In this document: positions 37,997 through 50,531 of the stretch, one piece after another
Layout: every line of letters starts with the position of its first letter
Numbering within the stretch: the stretch's first letter is position 1
DNA from: Escherichia phage JM10
Sequence record: PP400777
Reading direction: 5' to 3' (one strand)
DNA: 64,000 nt
Program-made: the position numbers and the translations under genes
Notes under the pieces: generated by a model
Seen by the model: the letters and a program-made list of their open reading frames with translations, nothing else
What the model was told of the DNA's origin: nothing
Database searches by the model: none

Positions 37997-39970
37997 ATGG
38001 CAAACACTCCTGTAAATTATCAATTAACCCGAACAGCGAATGCTATTCCCGAGATTTTTATCGGGGGCACATTTGCCGAAATCAAACAGAACATTATCGA
38101 ATGGCTTAATGGGCAGAATGAATTTCTTGATTATGATTTTGAAGGTTCACGCTTAAACGTATTGTGTGACCTTTTAGCATATAACACTCTTTACATCCAA
38201 CAGTTCAGTAATAGTGCAGTGTATGAAAGTTTTATGCGCACTGCAAACTTGCGTAGTTCTGTTGTACAAGCGGCTCAAGATAACGGATATCTACCTTCAT
38301 CTAAATCAGCAGCACAAACAGAAATTATGCTCACATGTACGGATGCATTAAATAGAAACTACATCACCATTCCACGTGGCACTCGTTTCTTAGCATACGC
38401 TAAAGATACTTCTGTTAACCCGTATAACTTTGTTTCTACCGAAGATGTCATTGTAGTTAAAGACAAAAATAACCAATATTTTCCACGTCTTCGATTAGCT
38501 CAGGGTCGTATTGTTCGCACTGAATTAACATTTGATAGATTAAAACCTATCATTATTCGTGATAAGAATATTGACCGTAATTTGGTTAAGTTGTATGTTG
38601 ACGGAGCAGAATGGATTAACTGGACTCGTAAGTCGATGGTTCACGCTGGTTCTACGTCAACAATCTATTATATGCGTGAAACAGTTGATGGGAACACCGA
38701 ATTTTATTTTGGTGAAGGCGAAATCTCTATTAACACATCAGAAGGTGCGTTAACATCTAACTATATTGGTGGTCTTAAACCTGTTCAGGGTTCTAAAATC
38801 GTAATTGAGTATATTTCTACTAATGGCGCAGATGCTAACGGTGCTGTAGGATTTTCTTATGCTGATACATTAGCTAATATCACGGTAATCGATATTAACG
38901 AGAACCCTAGCAATAACCCAGACTTTGTTGGGGCTGACGGTGGCGGTGACCCTGAAGATATTGAACGTATCCGCGAATTAGGCACAATTAAACGCGAAAC
39001 TCAACAACGTTGTGTAACCGCTTCCGACTATGACACATTCGTCTCTGAGCGGTTTGGTTCTATTATTCAAGCGGTTCAAACATTCACAGATTCATCTAAA
39101 CCAGGGTACGCATATATTGCTGCTAAGCCTAAATCCGGATTGTATTTGACTTCTGTCCAACGCGATGATATCAAAAACTATTTGAATGATTATAACTTAG
39201 GGACTATTACACCTGTTGTTATTTCGCCTGATTATTTGTTTATCAAAATGAATATCAAAGTTACATACGCGTTGAATAAACTCCAAGAATCAGAACAATA
39301 TCTTGAAGGGCAAATTATTAATAAAATTGACCGATATTATATTGAAGATGTAGAAATTTTTAACTCATCGTTTGCAAAATCTAAAATGCTAACTTATGTC
39401 GATGATGCAGATATTTCTATTATTGGTTCTTCAGCTACCATTCAAATGGTTCGCGAAGTACAAAACTTCTATAAAACGCCTGAGGCCGGTATTAAATACA
39501 ATAATCAGATTAAAGATAGATCGATGGAATCTAATATATTCTCGTTTGATTCGCACAGACCTAATCCAGAAAATGCAAACGAAACTATTAAATACGGTGT
39601 TCGCATAGTATCTTCTGACCGTAATGACCGTGGCATAGGTCAAGTTATTATTGGTCCATTTGCGGACGGTGATGTTGTTGAAAACGAAAATATACAACCT
39701 TATACAGGTAATGATTTTAATAAACTTACTGTTACTGACGGACGAAACAAATATTATTCAATTGGTGAAGTGAATTATCCTGCCGATTCGATTTATTGGA
39801 ACATTGCTAAAATTGACCTCACTTCAGACCGTTTTGAAGTTCAAACAATTGAACTTTATTCCGACCCTGCAGATGATATTATTTTTACAAAGGATGGTTC
39901 TTTAATCGTATTCGAAAATGACTTACGTCCTCAGTACTTAACTATAGATTTGGAGCCTATTTCACAATGA
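37997..39970 (+). CDS. 6: baseplate wedge protein gp6
   Basis: about 657 aa from MANTPVNYQ. Confidence 0.85.
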   Translation: MANTPVNYQLTRTANAIPEIFIGGTFAEIKQNIIEWLNGQNEFLDYDFEGSRLNVLCDLLAYNTLYIQQFSNSAVYESFMRTANLRSSVVQAAQDNGYLPSSKSAAQTEIMLTCTDALNRNYITIPRGTRFLAYAKDTSVNPYNFVSTEDVIVVKDKNNQYFPRLRLAQGRIVRTELTFDRLKPIIIRDKNIDRNLVKLYVDGAEWINWTRKSMVHAGSTSTIYYMRETVDGNTEFYFGEGEISINTSEGALTSNYIGGLKPVQGSKIVIEYISTNGADANGAVGFSYADTLANITVIDINENPSNNPDFVGADGGGDPEDIERIRELGTIKRETQQRCVTASDYDTFVSERFGSIIQAVQTFTDSSKPGYAYIAAKPKSGLYLTSVQRDDIKNYLNDYNLGTITPVVISPDYLFIKMNIKVTYALNKLQESEQYLEGQIINKIDRYYIEDVEIFNSSFAKSKMLTYVDDADISIIGSSATIQMVREVQNFYKTPEAGIKYNNQIKDRSMESNIFSFDSHRPNPENANETIKYGVRIVSSDRNDRGIGQVIIGPFADGDVVENENIQPYTGNDFNKLTVTDGRNKYYSIGEVNYPADSIYWNIAKIDLTSDRFEVQTIELYSDPADDIIFTKDGSLIVFENDLRPQYLTIDLEPISQ

Positions 39971-42900
39971 CAGTAAAAGCGCCAGCAGTCACAAGTCTCA
40001 GAATATCCAAGTTGTCCGCTAACCAAGTTCAAATACGCTGGGATGACGTTGGTGCTAATTTCTACTATTTCGTAGAAATCGCTGAGACTAAAACGGCAGA
40101 CGGGGAAATAATTCCCCCTGCCAACTACAGATGGATAAATTTAGGATATACTCCTAATAGCAACTGGTTCGAAAGTAGCTTAGACCCATTAACTTCTTAT
40201 ATTATTCGTGTATCAACTGCAGCCGAAGGCTTCGAGAGATCTGATTGGGTATATACCGAAATATTTGAATCATTTCAGACTAACGCGTATACATTTCAAC
40301 ATATGATTGAAATGCAATTGGCTAACACTTTTATTAGAGAAAAATTTACAAATAATAACATGGCTTATGTCGATTTTAATAACGACACTATAATGGCAGC
40401 TCTAATGAATGAATCATTCCAATTTAGCCCTGCTTATGCGGATATTTCATCTATTAAAAATTTCATTATTGGCGAAAATGAGTATCATGAAATTCAAGGT
40501 TCGATTCAACAGGTGTGTCATGATATAAACCGTGTTTATTTGATGGAATCCGAAGGAATTCTTTATTTGTTTGAACGGTATCAGCCTGTGGTTAAAGTCT
40601 CTAATGATAAGGGACAAACCTGGAAATCGGTTAAATTGTTTAATGACCGTGTAGGGTATCCTGTATCAAGAACAGTGTATTACCAGACAGATTACACCAC
40701 GTATGTTCTTGGGTATGATAAATTATTTTACGGTCGTAAATCAACAGACGTTCGATGGTCTGCTGATGATGTGAGATTTAGTTCCCAAGATATAACATTT
40801 GCTAAAATTGGCGACCAATTAAATTTAGGATTTGATGTAGAAATATTTGGTAACTATGCATCATTACCTGCTAACGTATCACGTATTGCAGAAGCTATCG
40901 TTTGCAATGACGATTATGTATATGTCGCTGCTCGAGATAAAGTTCGTTTTATTAAAACTAGTAATGCCCCTATTGATTCAGACCCGTTATCTCCGACATA
41001 TTCCGAACGTTTGTTTGAACAAGAAACATTTAACATCACAGGTAACCCTAAGGCAGTTTGCTATAAAATGGATTCTGTCGGTGGTAAAATATTTGCACTG
41101 ATTATCGGTGAAGTTGTTAATCTTAATGACGACCCGAGGACCACTCCTATTGTTGATTCTGCTGATAAGGGTGTTTATGTTCTAGACCATGATGCTGGCA
41201 CATTTAAACGTGTGTTTGGTAATACTGAAGAAGAACGCCGTCGTATTGAACCTGGGTACACCAGTATGTCTACTGATGGTGTTGAGTTATCTATTTCATC
41301 TAGTAATTTTAAATTTCTAGAATCAGATATTGTTGATGACCAAAAAACACAAGTCAAGTACGGTTTAACTGGTGCTGTTAAATATGAGTATCCTCGCGAA
41401 TGGTTGGCTGATAAACATTATCATATGATGGCATTTATTTCAACTGAAGACTCTCAATGGGAATCGTTCACTCCTCAACCGATGGAATACTATGCTGAGC
41501 CATTCTTTAGTTATTCTAGAAAGTCTGGTACTCGATGTTGGATTAATAACTCAGACAAGGCCGTTGTAATTTATTCTGATTTACTTTACACTAAGGTTAT
41601 TGAGAATCATCCACTTAGTTCTTCAGACCGTGAAGTTCATGAATATTGGAAGGACGGTGACTGTACAATAGTGATGCCTAACGTAGATTTCACCGGATTT
41701 AAAAAATATGCATCCGGCATGATTTTCTATAAATCGTCAGGTGAGATTATTTCTTATTATGATTTTAGTTATCGTGTTAGAGATAATGTTTCTATAATTT
41801 GGAAGCCTACTAATATATTCTTAACAGCATCGTTACAAAACCAAGAAAAAGATACCACATGGACTCCTGTAGAAGAGAACGGTATTGCAGACCCAGATTT
41901 ACGTCCATTGCTCACTACAATGATGCCGGAGTCTTATCTTTTAGATAATACAAACTTCGAAGCATTCTGCGAGGCTTATATTCAGTATCTTTCTGATGGT
42001 TATGGGACCCATTATAATAACCTTTTGAATCTTATTAAAAATCAATATCCGCGAGAAGAACATGCGTGGGAATATTTATGGTCCGAGATTTATAAACGAA
42101 ACATTTACTTAAACGCCGAAAAACGCGATTTAGTGTCTCGTTTCTTTGAATCAAGAAGTTATGACTTCTATTCAACTAAAGGAACTGAAGCATCATATAA
42201 ATTCTTGTTTAAAGTGCTTTATAACGAAGATGTTGAAATTGAAATTGAATCTAGTTCCGGGACCGAATATGATATCATCATTGAATCTGATTCGTTGACA
42301 GAAGATTTGGTCGGACAAACCATATACACCGCTACAGGACGTTGTAATGTGACGTATATCGAGAGAAGTTACTCTAAAGGTAAATTACAATGGACTGTAA
42401 CAATTCACAACCTCTTAGGTCGTTTAATCCAAGGACAGGAAGTTAAAGCTGAAAGACTCCCGGGTTTTGAAGGTGAAATTGTTCGTGGTATTAAAGGTAA
42501 AGAGCTTTCTCAGAACAACATCGATTACATAAATCGTGGTAGAGCATACTACGTAATGAAGATTAAATCTAAACTTCCATCATCTCGTTGGAAATCAGAC
42601 GTATTACGTTTTGTTCATCCGGTTGGATTTGGATTTATCGCAATTACCCTTCTCACAATGTTTATTAACACCGGATTAACACTTAAACATGTTGAAACCA
42701 TTATTAATAAATACAAAAACTATAAGTGGGATTCTGGATTACCGACTAAATATGCAGGCCGAGTGGCTAAATTAGACCCACAAGGAAATGTTGAGTTTGA
42801 CCCTATTACAGGTAAAGCGATATATGAAATAGGCCCTATGGCTGGTCAAGATTATCCATTGCCTGAAGATTATAACGCTGAAAACAATAACTCCATATTT

Positions 42901-43065
42901 CAAGGTCAACTTCCATCGGAACGACGTAAACTGATGAGCCCATTATTTGATGCGTCCGGAACAACATTCTCTAGATTTAGAGATTTGGTTGAACAACGGT
43001 TAATCGATAATGTAGGAAATCCAAGAGACCCCGTGAATCCACCACAGGTTAAATTAGATGAATGA
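39967..43065 (+). CDS. 7: baseplate wedge protein gp7
   Basis: 1032 aa, same length as T4 gp7. Confidence 0.85.
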   Translation: MTVKAPAVTSLRISKLSANQVQIRWDDVGANFYYFVEIAETKTADGEIIPPANYRWINLGYTPNSNWFESSLDPLTSYIIRVSTAAEGFERSDWVYTEIFESFQTNAYTFQHMIEMQLANTFIREKFTNNNMAYVDFNNDTIMAALMNESFQFSPAYADISSIKNFIIGENEYHEIQGSIQQVCHDINRVYLMESEGILYLFERYQPVVKVSNDKGQTWKSVKLFNDRVGYPVSRTVYYQTDYTTYVLGYDKLFYGRKSTDVRWSADDVRFSSQDITFAKIGDQLNLGFDVEIFGNYASLPANVSRIAEAIVCNDDYVYVAARDKVRFIKTSNAPIDSDPLSPTYSERLFEQETFNITGNPKAVCYKMDSVGGKIFALIIGEVVNLNDDPRTTPIVDSADKGVYVLDHDAGTFKRVFGNTEEERRRIEPGYTSMSTDGVELSISSSNFKFLESDIVDDQKTQVKYGLTGAVKYEYPREWLADKHYHMMAFISTEDSQWESFTPQPMEYYAEPFFSYSRKSGTRCWINNSDKAVVIYSDLLYTKVIENHPLSSSDREVHEYWKDGDCTIVMPNVDFTGFKKYASGMIFYKSSGEIISYYDFSYRVRDNVSIIWKPTNIFLTASLQNQEKDTTWTPVEENGIADPDLRPLLTTMMPESYLLDNTNFEAFCEAYIQYLSDGYGTHYNNLLNLIKNQYPREEHAWEYLWSEIYKRNIYLNAEKRDLVSRFFESRSYDFYSTKGTEASYKFLFKVLYNEDVEIEIESSSGTEYDIIIESDSLTEDLVGQTIYTATGRCNVTYIERSYSKGKLQWTVTIHNLLGRLIQGQEVKAERLPGFEGEIVRGIKGKELSQNNIDYINRGRAYYVMKIKSKLPSSRWKSDVLRFVHPVGFGFIAITLLTMFINTGLTLKHVETIINKYKNYKWDSGLPTKYAGRVAKLDPQGNVEFDPITGKAIYEIGPMAGQDYPLPEDYNAENNNSIFQGQLPSERRKLMSPLFDASGTTFSRFRDLVEQRLIDNVGNPRDPVNPPQVKLDE

Positions 43066-44062
43066 TTCAAGTGTTATCTATCGTGCAATAGTTACATCAA
43101 AATTTAGAACAGAGAAAATGCTGAATTTTTACAATTCAGTTGGGGATGGAGATGATAAGAACTCCATTTATATTACGTTTGGACGTTCAGAGCCTTGGGC
43201 GTCAAATGAAAATGAGGTGGGCTTCGCCCCACCTTATCCTACAGATTCTGTTCTTGGTGTTACTGATATGTGGACCCATATGATGGGTACCGTTAAAGTT
43301 TTACCTTCAATGTTAGATTCTGTTATTCCTAGACGTGATTGGGGAGATGTGCGATATCCAGACCCTTACACGTTTAGAATTAACGATATAGTCGCATGTA
43401 ATACTGCTCCGTACAACGCGACAGAAGTTGGAGCTGGTTGGTTAATTTACCGTTGTTTAGATGTCCCTGACGTAGGGCTCTGTTCAATAGAATCTTTAGA
43501 TAATAAAGATGAATGTCTTAAATTGGGTGGTAAATGGACTCCATCTGTTCGTTCTATGTCTCCTCCTGAAGGCAGAGGCGATGCTAATGGGGTTATCGAA
43601 ACCGGTGATGGATATATTTGGGAATATCTTTATGAGATTCCTGCCGATGTGTCAATTAACCGTTGCACTAATGAATATCTTGTAGTTCCATGGCCGGAAG
43701 AAATTAAAGAAGACCCCACCCGTTGGGGATATGAAAATAACTTAACTTGGCAACAAGATGACTACGGTTTGATTTACCGTGTTAAAGCTAATACGATGCG
43801 GTTTAAAGCATATTTTGATTCTGTTTATTTCCCTGAGGCAGCTTTGCCTGGTAACAAGGGTTTTAGACAGATATCAATTATCGCAAACCCGTTAGAAGCT
43901 AAGAAAAATCCAAATGACCCTAATGTTAAAGCAGAAAAGGATTATTACGACCCTAGAGATCTGCAACGTCATTCTGGTGAAATGATTTATATGGAAAACC
44001 GACCACCTGTTATTATGGCAATGGACCAAACAGAAGAAATTAACATTTTGTTTATGTTTTAA
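43058..44062 (+). CDS. 8: baseplate wedge protein gp8
   Basis: 334 aa. Confidence 0.85.
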   Translation: MNDSSVIYRAIVTSKFRTEKMLNFYNSVGDGDDKNSIYITFGRSEPWASNENEVGFAPPYPTDSVLGVTDMWTHMMGTVKVLPSMLDSVIPRRDWGDVRYPDPYTFRINDIVACNTAPYNATEVGAGWLIYRCLDVPDVGLCSIESLDNKDECLKLGGKWTPSVRSMSPPEGRGDANGVIETGDGYIWEYLYEIPADVSINRCTNEYLVVPWPEEIKEDPTRWGYENNLTWQQDDYGLIYRVKANTMRFKAYFDSVYFPEAALPGNKGFRQISIIANPLEAKKNPNDPNVKAEKDYYDPRDLQRHSGEMIYMENRPPVIMAMDQTEEINILFMF

Positions 44063-44065
44063 TTA

Positions 44066-44089
44066 GGGAGCCTTCGGGCTCCCATTTTT
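44066..44089 (+). terminator. rho-independent terminator after gene 8
   Basis: GGGAGCC-TTCG-GGCTCCC hairpin + TTTTT. Confidence 0.6.
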
Positions 44090-44094
44090 GTATC

Positions 44095-44102
44095 TATAAA
44101 TA
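44095..44102 (+). promoter_or_regulatory. T4 late promoter TATAAATA for gene 9
   Basis: exact TATAAATA about 33 nt upstream of ATG. Confidence 0.65.
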
Positions 44103-44134
44103 GAATATAATATCGGACAACAAAAGGCAGAATT

Positions 44135-45007
44135 ATGGCATTTTTTAAGCAAACTCCTAAACAATTAATCGATACCGGCGAAATTGGTAATGCCTCAACA
44201 GGTGATATCTTATTCGACGGTGGTAATAAAATAAATGACGATATCAACGCTATTTACAATGCATTTGGCGATCAACGTAAAATGGCCGTAGCAGATGGAA
44301 CCGGACCTACAGGTCAAACTATTCATGCCACAGGATATTATCAAAAAGGAAAGGCGGTCGATTATCAAACTCCTATTAAACCAGGCACTATGCATGATAT
44401 TGATGCTTCTGATGGCGGTGTGATTGTTATTATTGACCGTCCTGAATTAGGTGACTCTGTAGAATTCATAAACTCTAATGGGTCTATTTCTGTTAACAAT
44501 CCTTTAAGTATCCAAGTAACCGATGGTTCAATTAAAGGTGTTCTTAATAATCTTGTTATTTCCATCCCTTATACCCATGTTGTTCTTCGTTGTGTTGAAC
44601 TTAATGGGACAACTTCAGTATGGAATTATTCTACTGATAGCATGTTTGGGCAGAAAGAATCTCCTGTCGATGGGACTTGGAGTCTTACAGGAAACACAGT
44701 TTCTATTCCTCTGTTTTATCGCACAGATTATAACACGGCTAAATTGCTTGTTACATGCCAATCCGCTGACGGTAGAAAAATAAAAACATGCGAAATAAAT
44801 ATTCTAATAGATACAATTAACTCAGAAGTTCTTTCTACCGAATTTGCAGTAATGCGAGTTGGTAATGTAGATGAAACCGACGAGATTGCTAATATTAGCT
44901 TTAGTATTATTAACAACTTTGCTACTATGACGATTACATCCGATATTATTGGATTACGTTCGGCAGTTAAAATTATCTCAACTCAGAAAATTGGGGTCGC
45001 TCAATAA
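44135..45007 (+). CDS. 9: baseplate protein gp9 (long tail fibre socket)
   Basis: 290 aa. Confidence 0.85.
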   Translation: MAFFKQTPKQLIDTGEIGNASTGDILFDGGNKINDDINAIYNAFGDQRKMAVADGTGPTGQTIHATGYYQKGKAVDYQTPIKPGTMHDIDASDGGVIVIIDRPELGDSVEFINSNGSISVNNPLSIQVTDGSIKGVLNNLVISIPYTHVVLRCVELNGTTSVWNYSTDSMFGQKESPVDGTWSLTGNTVSIPLFYRTDYNTAKLLVTCQSADGRKIKTCEINILIDTINSEVLSTEFAVMRVGNVDETDEIANISFSIINNFATMTITSDIIGLRSAVKIISTQKIGVAQ

Positions 45008-46812
45008 TGAAACAAAATATTAAAATTGGTAACGTCGTTGATGACGGACAAGGCGATTACCTTCGTCGAGGTGGTGAAAAAATAAATGAGAACTTTGACG
45101 AAATCTATTATGAATTAGGTGATGGTGAAGTTCCTTATGCCGCTGGCGCATGGAAGACTTATGATGCGGCTGATGGTCTTAATCTTAAGGCTGCTTGGGG
45201 TAAATCTTATGCAATTAATACTACTTCTGGACGAGTTTCGGTAAATCTTCCTAAAGGGACAATTGCAGACTATAATAAAGTTATTCGTGCTCGTGACGTA
45301 TTTGCAACTTGGAACATTAACCCTGTTACTTTAATTCCGGCAAACGGAGACACGATTAAAGGTTCTTCATCTCCGGTAGAAATTAACGTTCAGTTCTCTG
45401 ACTTAGAATTAGTTTATTGTGCTCCTGGACGTTGGGAATACATCAAGAACAAACAAATTGACAAAATAGTTAGCTCTGACATTAGTAACGTTGCTCGTAG
45501 AGAATATCTGGTTGAAACCCAAGGTCAGACCGATTTCATGGATGTTTTTAATGGAACATCTTATAACGTTAACAACATTCGCGTAAAACATCGTGGCAAC
45601 GAATTGTATTATGGTGATGTATTCAGTGATAATAGTGATTTTGGTTCTCCAGGCGCTAATCCTGGTGAACTGGTTGCACTCGATGGATTTAATATTAGAT
45701 TACGCCAACCATGTAATGTTGGGGACACTGTACAAATTGAGACATTTCTAGATGGCGTTTCTCAGTGGCGTAGTTCATATACTCGTCGACAAGTTCGCAT
45801 TTTAGATAGTAAATTGACTGCTAAAAAGTCTATTGATGGAAGTATTTACGTCACTGATTTGAGTACGTTCCGGTCTATTCCATTTACAGCATTTGGTATT
45901 AATCCTACAGAACCACCTAACCCGAATTCATTAGAAGTTCGCTTCAATGGTATTCTCCAAGAATTAGCTGGTACTGTTGGAACTCCTATTTTCCGTTGTG
46001 AAGGTGTGGATGCTGATTCTGAAGAGTCATGCGCTAATCTCGGTGGGACATGGACTCAATCGTATACAGATTATGCGATTGAATATACTGATAATATCCC
46101 TAGCGCAATTCTGTTTGACCGTCAATTTGAAGACCAAGACATTATTACCATCACATGGTTTAATAACGATTTAGGAACTCTTCTTGAAATGGAAGAAATT
46201 CTTGATGTCGCTGATGAGAAATATGTTTCTCAAGGGTCTAACATTGAAATTACTGGTGACGTTGCATTAACCGATTTCGATAAAATTGGATGGCCTAATG
46301 TAGAACCTGTTCCTAAGTATGAACGTGAATTCTCGACTATCTCAGCAATATTTGACACAATTTATCCTGTTGGGACTATTTACGAAAATGCTGTTAACCC
46401 TAATAATCCGGCAACTTATTTAGGTTTTGGTTCGTGGAAAATTTGGGGACAAGGCAAAGTATTAGCAGGTTGGAATGACGACGCGTCGGATCCTAATTTT
46501 GCATTAAATAATAATGACCTTGACGTCAATGGTAACCCTACTCATACCGCAGGTGGTACCGTTGGTGTAACAACCATCACATTAGAAAATGCTGATTTAC
46601 CAGCTACACAAACCGATGAAAAGGTTCTTATTTCTGATGATAATGGTACAGTAATTATAGGCGGTTGCCAATACGACCCGGATGCAGAAGGTCCTATTTA
46701 CACTAAATATCGTGAAGACCATGCAAAGACTAACGGATCTCATGTTCCAGCGCGTTCTATAACTAATATTCAGCCATCTATAACTGTATACCGTTGGGTA
46801 AGGATTGCATAA
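45007..46812 (+). CDS. 10: baseplate wedge protein gp10
   Basis: 601 aa. Confidence 0.85.
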   Translation: MKQNIKIGNVVDDGQGDYLRRGGEKINENFDEIYYELGDGEVPYAAGAWKTYDAADGLNLKAAWGKSYAINTTSGRVSVNLPKGTIADYNKVIRARDVFATWNINPVTLIPANGDTIKGSSSPVEINVQFSDLELVYCAPGRWEYIKNKQIDKIVSSDISNVARREYLVETQGQTDFMDVFNGTSYNVNNIRVKHRGNELYYGDVFSDNSDFGSPGANPGELVALDGFNIRLRQPCNVGDTVQIETFLDGVSQWRSSYTRRQVRILDSKLTAKKSIDGSIYVTDLSTFRSIPFTAFGINPTEPPNPNSLEVRFNGILQELAGTVGTPIFRCEGVDADSEESCANLGGTWTQSYTDYAIEYTDNIPSAILFDRQFEDQDIITITWFNNDLGTLLEMEEILDVADEKYVSQGSNIEITGDVALTDFDKIGWPNVEPVPKYEREFSTISAIFDTIYPVGTIYENAVNPNNPATYLGFGSWKIWGQGKVLAGWNDDASDPNFALNNNDLDVNGNPTHTAGGTVGVTTITLENADLPATQTDEKVLISDDNGTVIIGGCQYDPDAEGPIYTKYREDHAKTNGSHVPARSITNIQPSITVYRWVRIA

Positions 46813-47471
46813 TGACTGTACTTAATACAAAGGCGGGAGTTATTTCCCGTCATGCTGATTTTTTGAATTACAGAAAAAATCCAGCTCAAATTGATGTTTT
46901 AAACAACCAAGCTGTAGGTTCCGTGACTATTTCTCAGTTAGCTCGCGGTTTTTATGATGCTAACGTAGAATCTGCAATAAATGATGTCCATAATATGGCA
47001 CGAGCTGATATTGGTACTGTTGTCACAAACACTTCAGGCATATCGCCTGAAGGTACAGCACAAGTTGATTATTGGACTTTTTCTGGTGATGTTCTCGACG
47101 ATACTTTGGCCCCTGGAACGCCGGTCGTTATTAACGTATTTGGACTTGCTGTTAAAGCAACAATCGGTATGACTGATAACGAATTAACGGCACAAGTTCG
47201 TATAGCTTTACAAGAAGCCATTGCTAATCAAATCGCTATTTCTTCTTATAGAGACCATCCGTCCGAAGGTAATAAACTTCAGGTGACATATTTAGATAAC
47301 CAACGTCATGTGTTGCCAACATATGCTTCGTTTGGTGTAACAATTTCGCAAGAAATTTTGTCTGAAGCAAAATCCGGATACGGAACATGGAATTTATTGG
47401 GTGCCCAAACGGTTACTCTTGATAACCATGATACTCCTACCGTTTTCTACCACTTTGTGAGAGCCTCATGA
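46812..47471 (+). CDS. 11: baseplate wedge protein gp11
   Basis: 219 aa from MTVLNTKAG; ATG overlaps the gene 10 stop (TAATG). Confidence 0.85.
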   Translation: MTVLNTKAGVISRHADFLNYRKNPAQIDVLNNQAVGSVTISQLARGFYDANVESAINDVHNMARADIGTVVTNTSGISPEGTAQVDYWTFSGDVLDDTLAPGTPVVINVFGLAVKATIGMTDNELTAQVRIALQEAIANQIAISSYRDHPSEGNKLQVTYLDNQRHVLPTYASFGVTISQEILSEAKSGYGTWNLLGAQTVTLDNHDTPTVFYHFVRAS

Positions 47472-49051
47472 GTAATAACAATACATACCAACACGTTTCA
47501 AATGAATCTATTTACGTTGAATTCGACCCCGTAGGGTCGAATTTTCCAGATACAGTCACTAATGTCCAAGCCGCATTAGCTGCCATTTCTCCTTCAGGTG
47601 TTAATGGCGTACCGGAAGCAACAACTACTACACCTGGAATTATTCAAATAGCTACTCCACAAGAAGTTATTGATGGATTAGATAATAGTAAAGCTGTTAC
47701 TCCGGCAACACTGAATGCTCGTCTACAATATCCTAATGCAACCGAAACTCAATATGGCTTAACTCGTTATGCTACTGAAGATGAAGCAGTAACCGGAACT
47801 ATTGACGATGCATCAATTACTCCGCTTAAATTGAATCAAAAAATAGACAATGTATTTCAGACAAAAGTGTCAACAGAAGCAACAAATGGTGTAATTAAAA
47901 TTTCAACTTCTGCTGCGGCATTAGCTGGTTCTGACGATACAACGGCAATGACCCCGTTAAAAACACAACAATTAGCAATTAAACTTATTTCACAAATTGC
48001 TCCAAATAATAGTGACGCCACCGAATCTATTACCGGTGTTGTTCGTTTGGCTACAGTTGCTCAAGCACAACAAGGCACCCTGCGTGAAGGCTATGCAATT
48101 TCACCTTATACCTTTATGAATTCAGTAGCATCAGAAACTAATAAAGGTGTCGTTAAACTAGGGACACAGACTGAAGTAAATAGTAACAACTCTTCAGTTG
48201 TAGTGACTGGCGCAACATTAAACGGGCGTGGGGCTACAACTTCTTTACGTGGAGTTGTTCGTTTAACTACACAAGCGGGTAGCCAATCAGGTGGTGATGG
48301 TTCTTCTGCCCTTGCTTGGAATGCTGATGTTATCCACCAACGAGGTGGACAAACTATTAATGGCACGCTTCGCATTAATAATACGTTGACGGTTGGTTCT
48401 GGTGGAGCTAATATAACTGGTAATGTCAATATGACCGGTGGTTATATTCAAGGCAATCGTATTGTGACTCAAAATGAATTAGACCGAATTCTTCCAGTTG
48501 GCGCTATTACAATGTGGGCTGCAGATAGTTTACCGAGTTCTGACTGGCGCTTCTGTCACGGTGGGACCGTTTCTGCTTCAGAATGTCCGGTATATGCTTC
48601 CAGAATTGGGACACGATATGGTGGTAGCTCTTCTAACCCAGGCTTGCCTGATATGCGTGGATTATTTGTTCGCGGCTCAGGTCGTGGTAACCATTTAACT
48701 AACCCTAATGTTAATGGTAATGACCAATTCGGTAAACCTCGTCTGGCGGTAGGTTGTACCGGTGGATATGTTGGTGAAGTGCAAAAACAACAGATGTCAT
48801 ATCATAAGCATGCTGGTGGTTTTGGTGAACATGACGATTCCGGTGCATTTGGTAATACTCGTCGTTCAAACTTTGTTGGTACTCGTAAAGGACTTGACTG
48901 GGATAACCGTTCATATTTTACTAACGAAGGATATGAAATTGATCCAGCGTCTCAGCGTAACTCTAAATATACCATGAATCGTCCAGAATTAATTGGAAAT
49001 GAAACTCGTCCATGGAATATTTCTTTAAACTATATTATTAAGGTAAAATAA
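47468..49051 (+). CDS. 12: short tail fibre gp12
   Basis: 527 aa. Confidence 0.9.
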   Translation: MSNNNTYQHVSNESIYVEFDPVGSNFPDTVTNVQAALAAISPSGVNGVPEATTTTPGIIQIATPQEVIDGLDNSKAVTPATLNARLQYPNATETQYGLTRYATEDEAVTGTIDDASITPLKLNQKIDNVFQTKVSTEATNGVIKISTSAAALAGSDDTTAMTPLKTQQLAIKLISQIAPNNSDATESITGVVRLATVAQAQQGTLREGYAISPYTFMNSVASETNKGVVKLGTQTEVNSNNSSVVVTGATLNGRGATTSLRGVVRLTTQAGSQSGGDGSSALAWNADVIHQRGGQTINGTLRINNTLTVGSGGANITGNVNMTGGYIQGNRIVTQNELDRILPVGAITMWAADSLPSSDWRFCHGGTVSASECPVYASRIGTRYGGSSSNPGLPDMRGLFVRGSGRGNHLTNPNVNGNDQFGKPRLAVGCTGGYVGEVQKQQMSYHKHAGGFGEHDDSGAFGNTRRSNFVGTRKGLDWDNRSYFTNEGYEIDPASQRNSKYTMNRPELIGNETRPWNISLNYIIKVK

Positions 49052-50499
49052 TGGCTGATATAACTCTGGTAGATTTACCATATGTTGACGGCCCGCCAGA
49101 CGCGGGTCAGAGTCGTATTGAATGGATTAAAAACGATGAAGAAATAACAGGTGCTGACACAAAATACGGTTCTGAAGGTGTAATGAACCGTCCTATTGTT
49201 GAAGTTCAACGTAACGTAGAAGCGTTAGATGTTAATATTAAAACTATAGCATCTTCTTTGAATACGGCCAATGAAGATATCAAAGTTATTCAAGGTATTT
49301 TAGATGTTTCTGGGGATGTTGATGCTCTTGCACAGATAGGTCAGAACACCCAAGATATTGATGTCATTAAAGTCACAGTTCAAACCCATGCTAGTGAATT
49401 GAATGATTTGAATGAACATATTGATGCGAATACTGATGATATTGGTGTTTATAATCAGGAAACAGATTCAGTTTATAGAACGGTTCGTAATGACCTGCTT
49501 TGGATTAAAAATGAATTAGGACAATATACTGGTCAAGATATTAATGGGGTTCCTACTCCAGGAAATGATAGCACTGGTATGAAACGCCGTATTATGACTA
49601 ATAGCTCTGTAATTGTTGACCACGGTGTTCGATTAACTGATTTAGAAACTAAATTTGCTGATTCTGATGTTGGCTCTTTAACTCTTGAAGTTGAACACTT
49701 GCGCGAAGAAATGGGGCCTCGTACTTCTTTCACTACTCCAGTGTTTAGTCGTCTTTCCGGTATTGATTTAACTTTGTCGCGTCAAAATGCTGACTTGGAT
49801 GGCATTAAACAGTCTATTGGGTATCCTAATACGACTTCTATTATTACTACAACTAATGCGAATAGTTCAGCAATAAACGACATTAATCTTGAGCTCAATC
49901 AATCCGGTGGTATTAAACCTCGTTTGACTACAGTAGAAACTGCCATTGGCGCTGATGATTTGCCTACTACAATCCAAGGACGTATTAAACTCAATACTGA
50001 TGCTATCGGAGCATTGAACACTGTTGTCGGCTCTGATTCTTCGTCAGGATTGCGTTTTAATGTGTCATGGTTAAATAACGTAGTCGGTGTTGACGCTTCA
50101 GGTGGTAAACCGGAACCAGACGGCTCTTTGCTTTATCGTACTCGAGAGCTTGAAGGAACTATCGGTGGGCTGAGTAATGACATTCAGAACATTCAAACTG
50201 ATGTTGGGACTAATTCCACAGGAATTAAGGGTTCTGTAAACACATTAAATACTCTTATAAATGGCACCAACCCAAATGGTTCAACTGTTGAAGAACGCGG
50301 TATATTGCCTACAGTTAAAAGTCATGATACGACAATTAATGGTTTAACTTCTAGAATTGCTACTCTTGAAACTGATTTGGCCGCTGCAGAAGCTGAAATT
50401 CAAACTCTTAAGGACGCTGGATATATTGAAGATGCTCCTTCAGACGGTAAATTCTATGTTCGCAAAGATGGTGCATGGGTTGAACTTCCTACAGCTTAA
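49051..50499 (+). CDS. wac: fibritin (whisker antigen control)
   Basis: 482 aa; coiled-coil repeats; C-terminal foldon GYIEDAPSDGKFYVRKDGAWVELP. Confidence 0.9.
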   Translation: MADITLVDLPYVDGPPDAGQSRIEWIKNDEEITGADTKYGSEGVMNRPIVEVQRNVEALDVNIKTIASSLNTANEDIKVIQGILDVSGDVDALAQIGQNTQDIDVIKVTVQTHASELNDLNEHIDANTDDIGVYNQETDSVYRTVRNDLLWIKNELGQYTGQDINGVPTPGNDSTGMKRRIMTNSSVIVDHGVRLTDLETKFADSDVGSLTLEVEHLREEMGPRTSFTTPVFSRLSGIDLTLSRQNADLDGIKQSIGYPNTTSIITTTNANSSAINDINLELNQSGGIKPRLTTVETAIGADDLPTTIQGRIKLNTDAIGALNTVVGSDSSSGLRFNVSWLNNVVGVDASGGKPEPDGSLLYRTRELEGTIGGLSNDIQNIQTDVGTNSTGIKGSVNTLNTLINGTNPNGSTVEERGILPTVKSHDTTINGLTSRIATLETDLAAAEAEIQTLKDAGYIEDAPSDGKFYVRKDGAWVELPTA

Positions 50500-50504
50500 T
50501 GAAA

Positions 50505-50520
50505 AGGGCCTTCGGGCCCT
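50505..50520 (+). other. GC-rich stem-loop after wac (no clear T-run)
   Basis: AGGGCC-TTCG-GGCCCT. Confidence 0.4.
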
Positions 50521-50531
50521 AAAGGATTTAT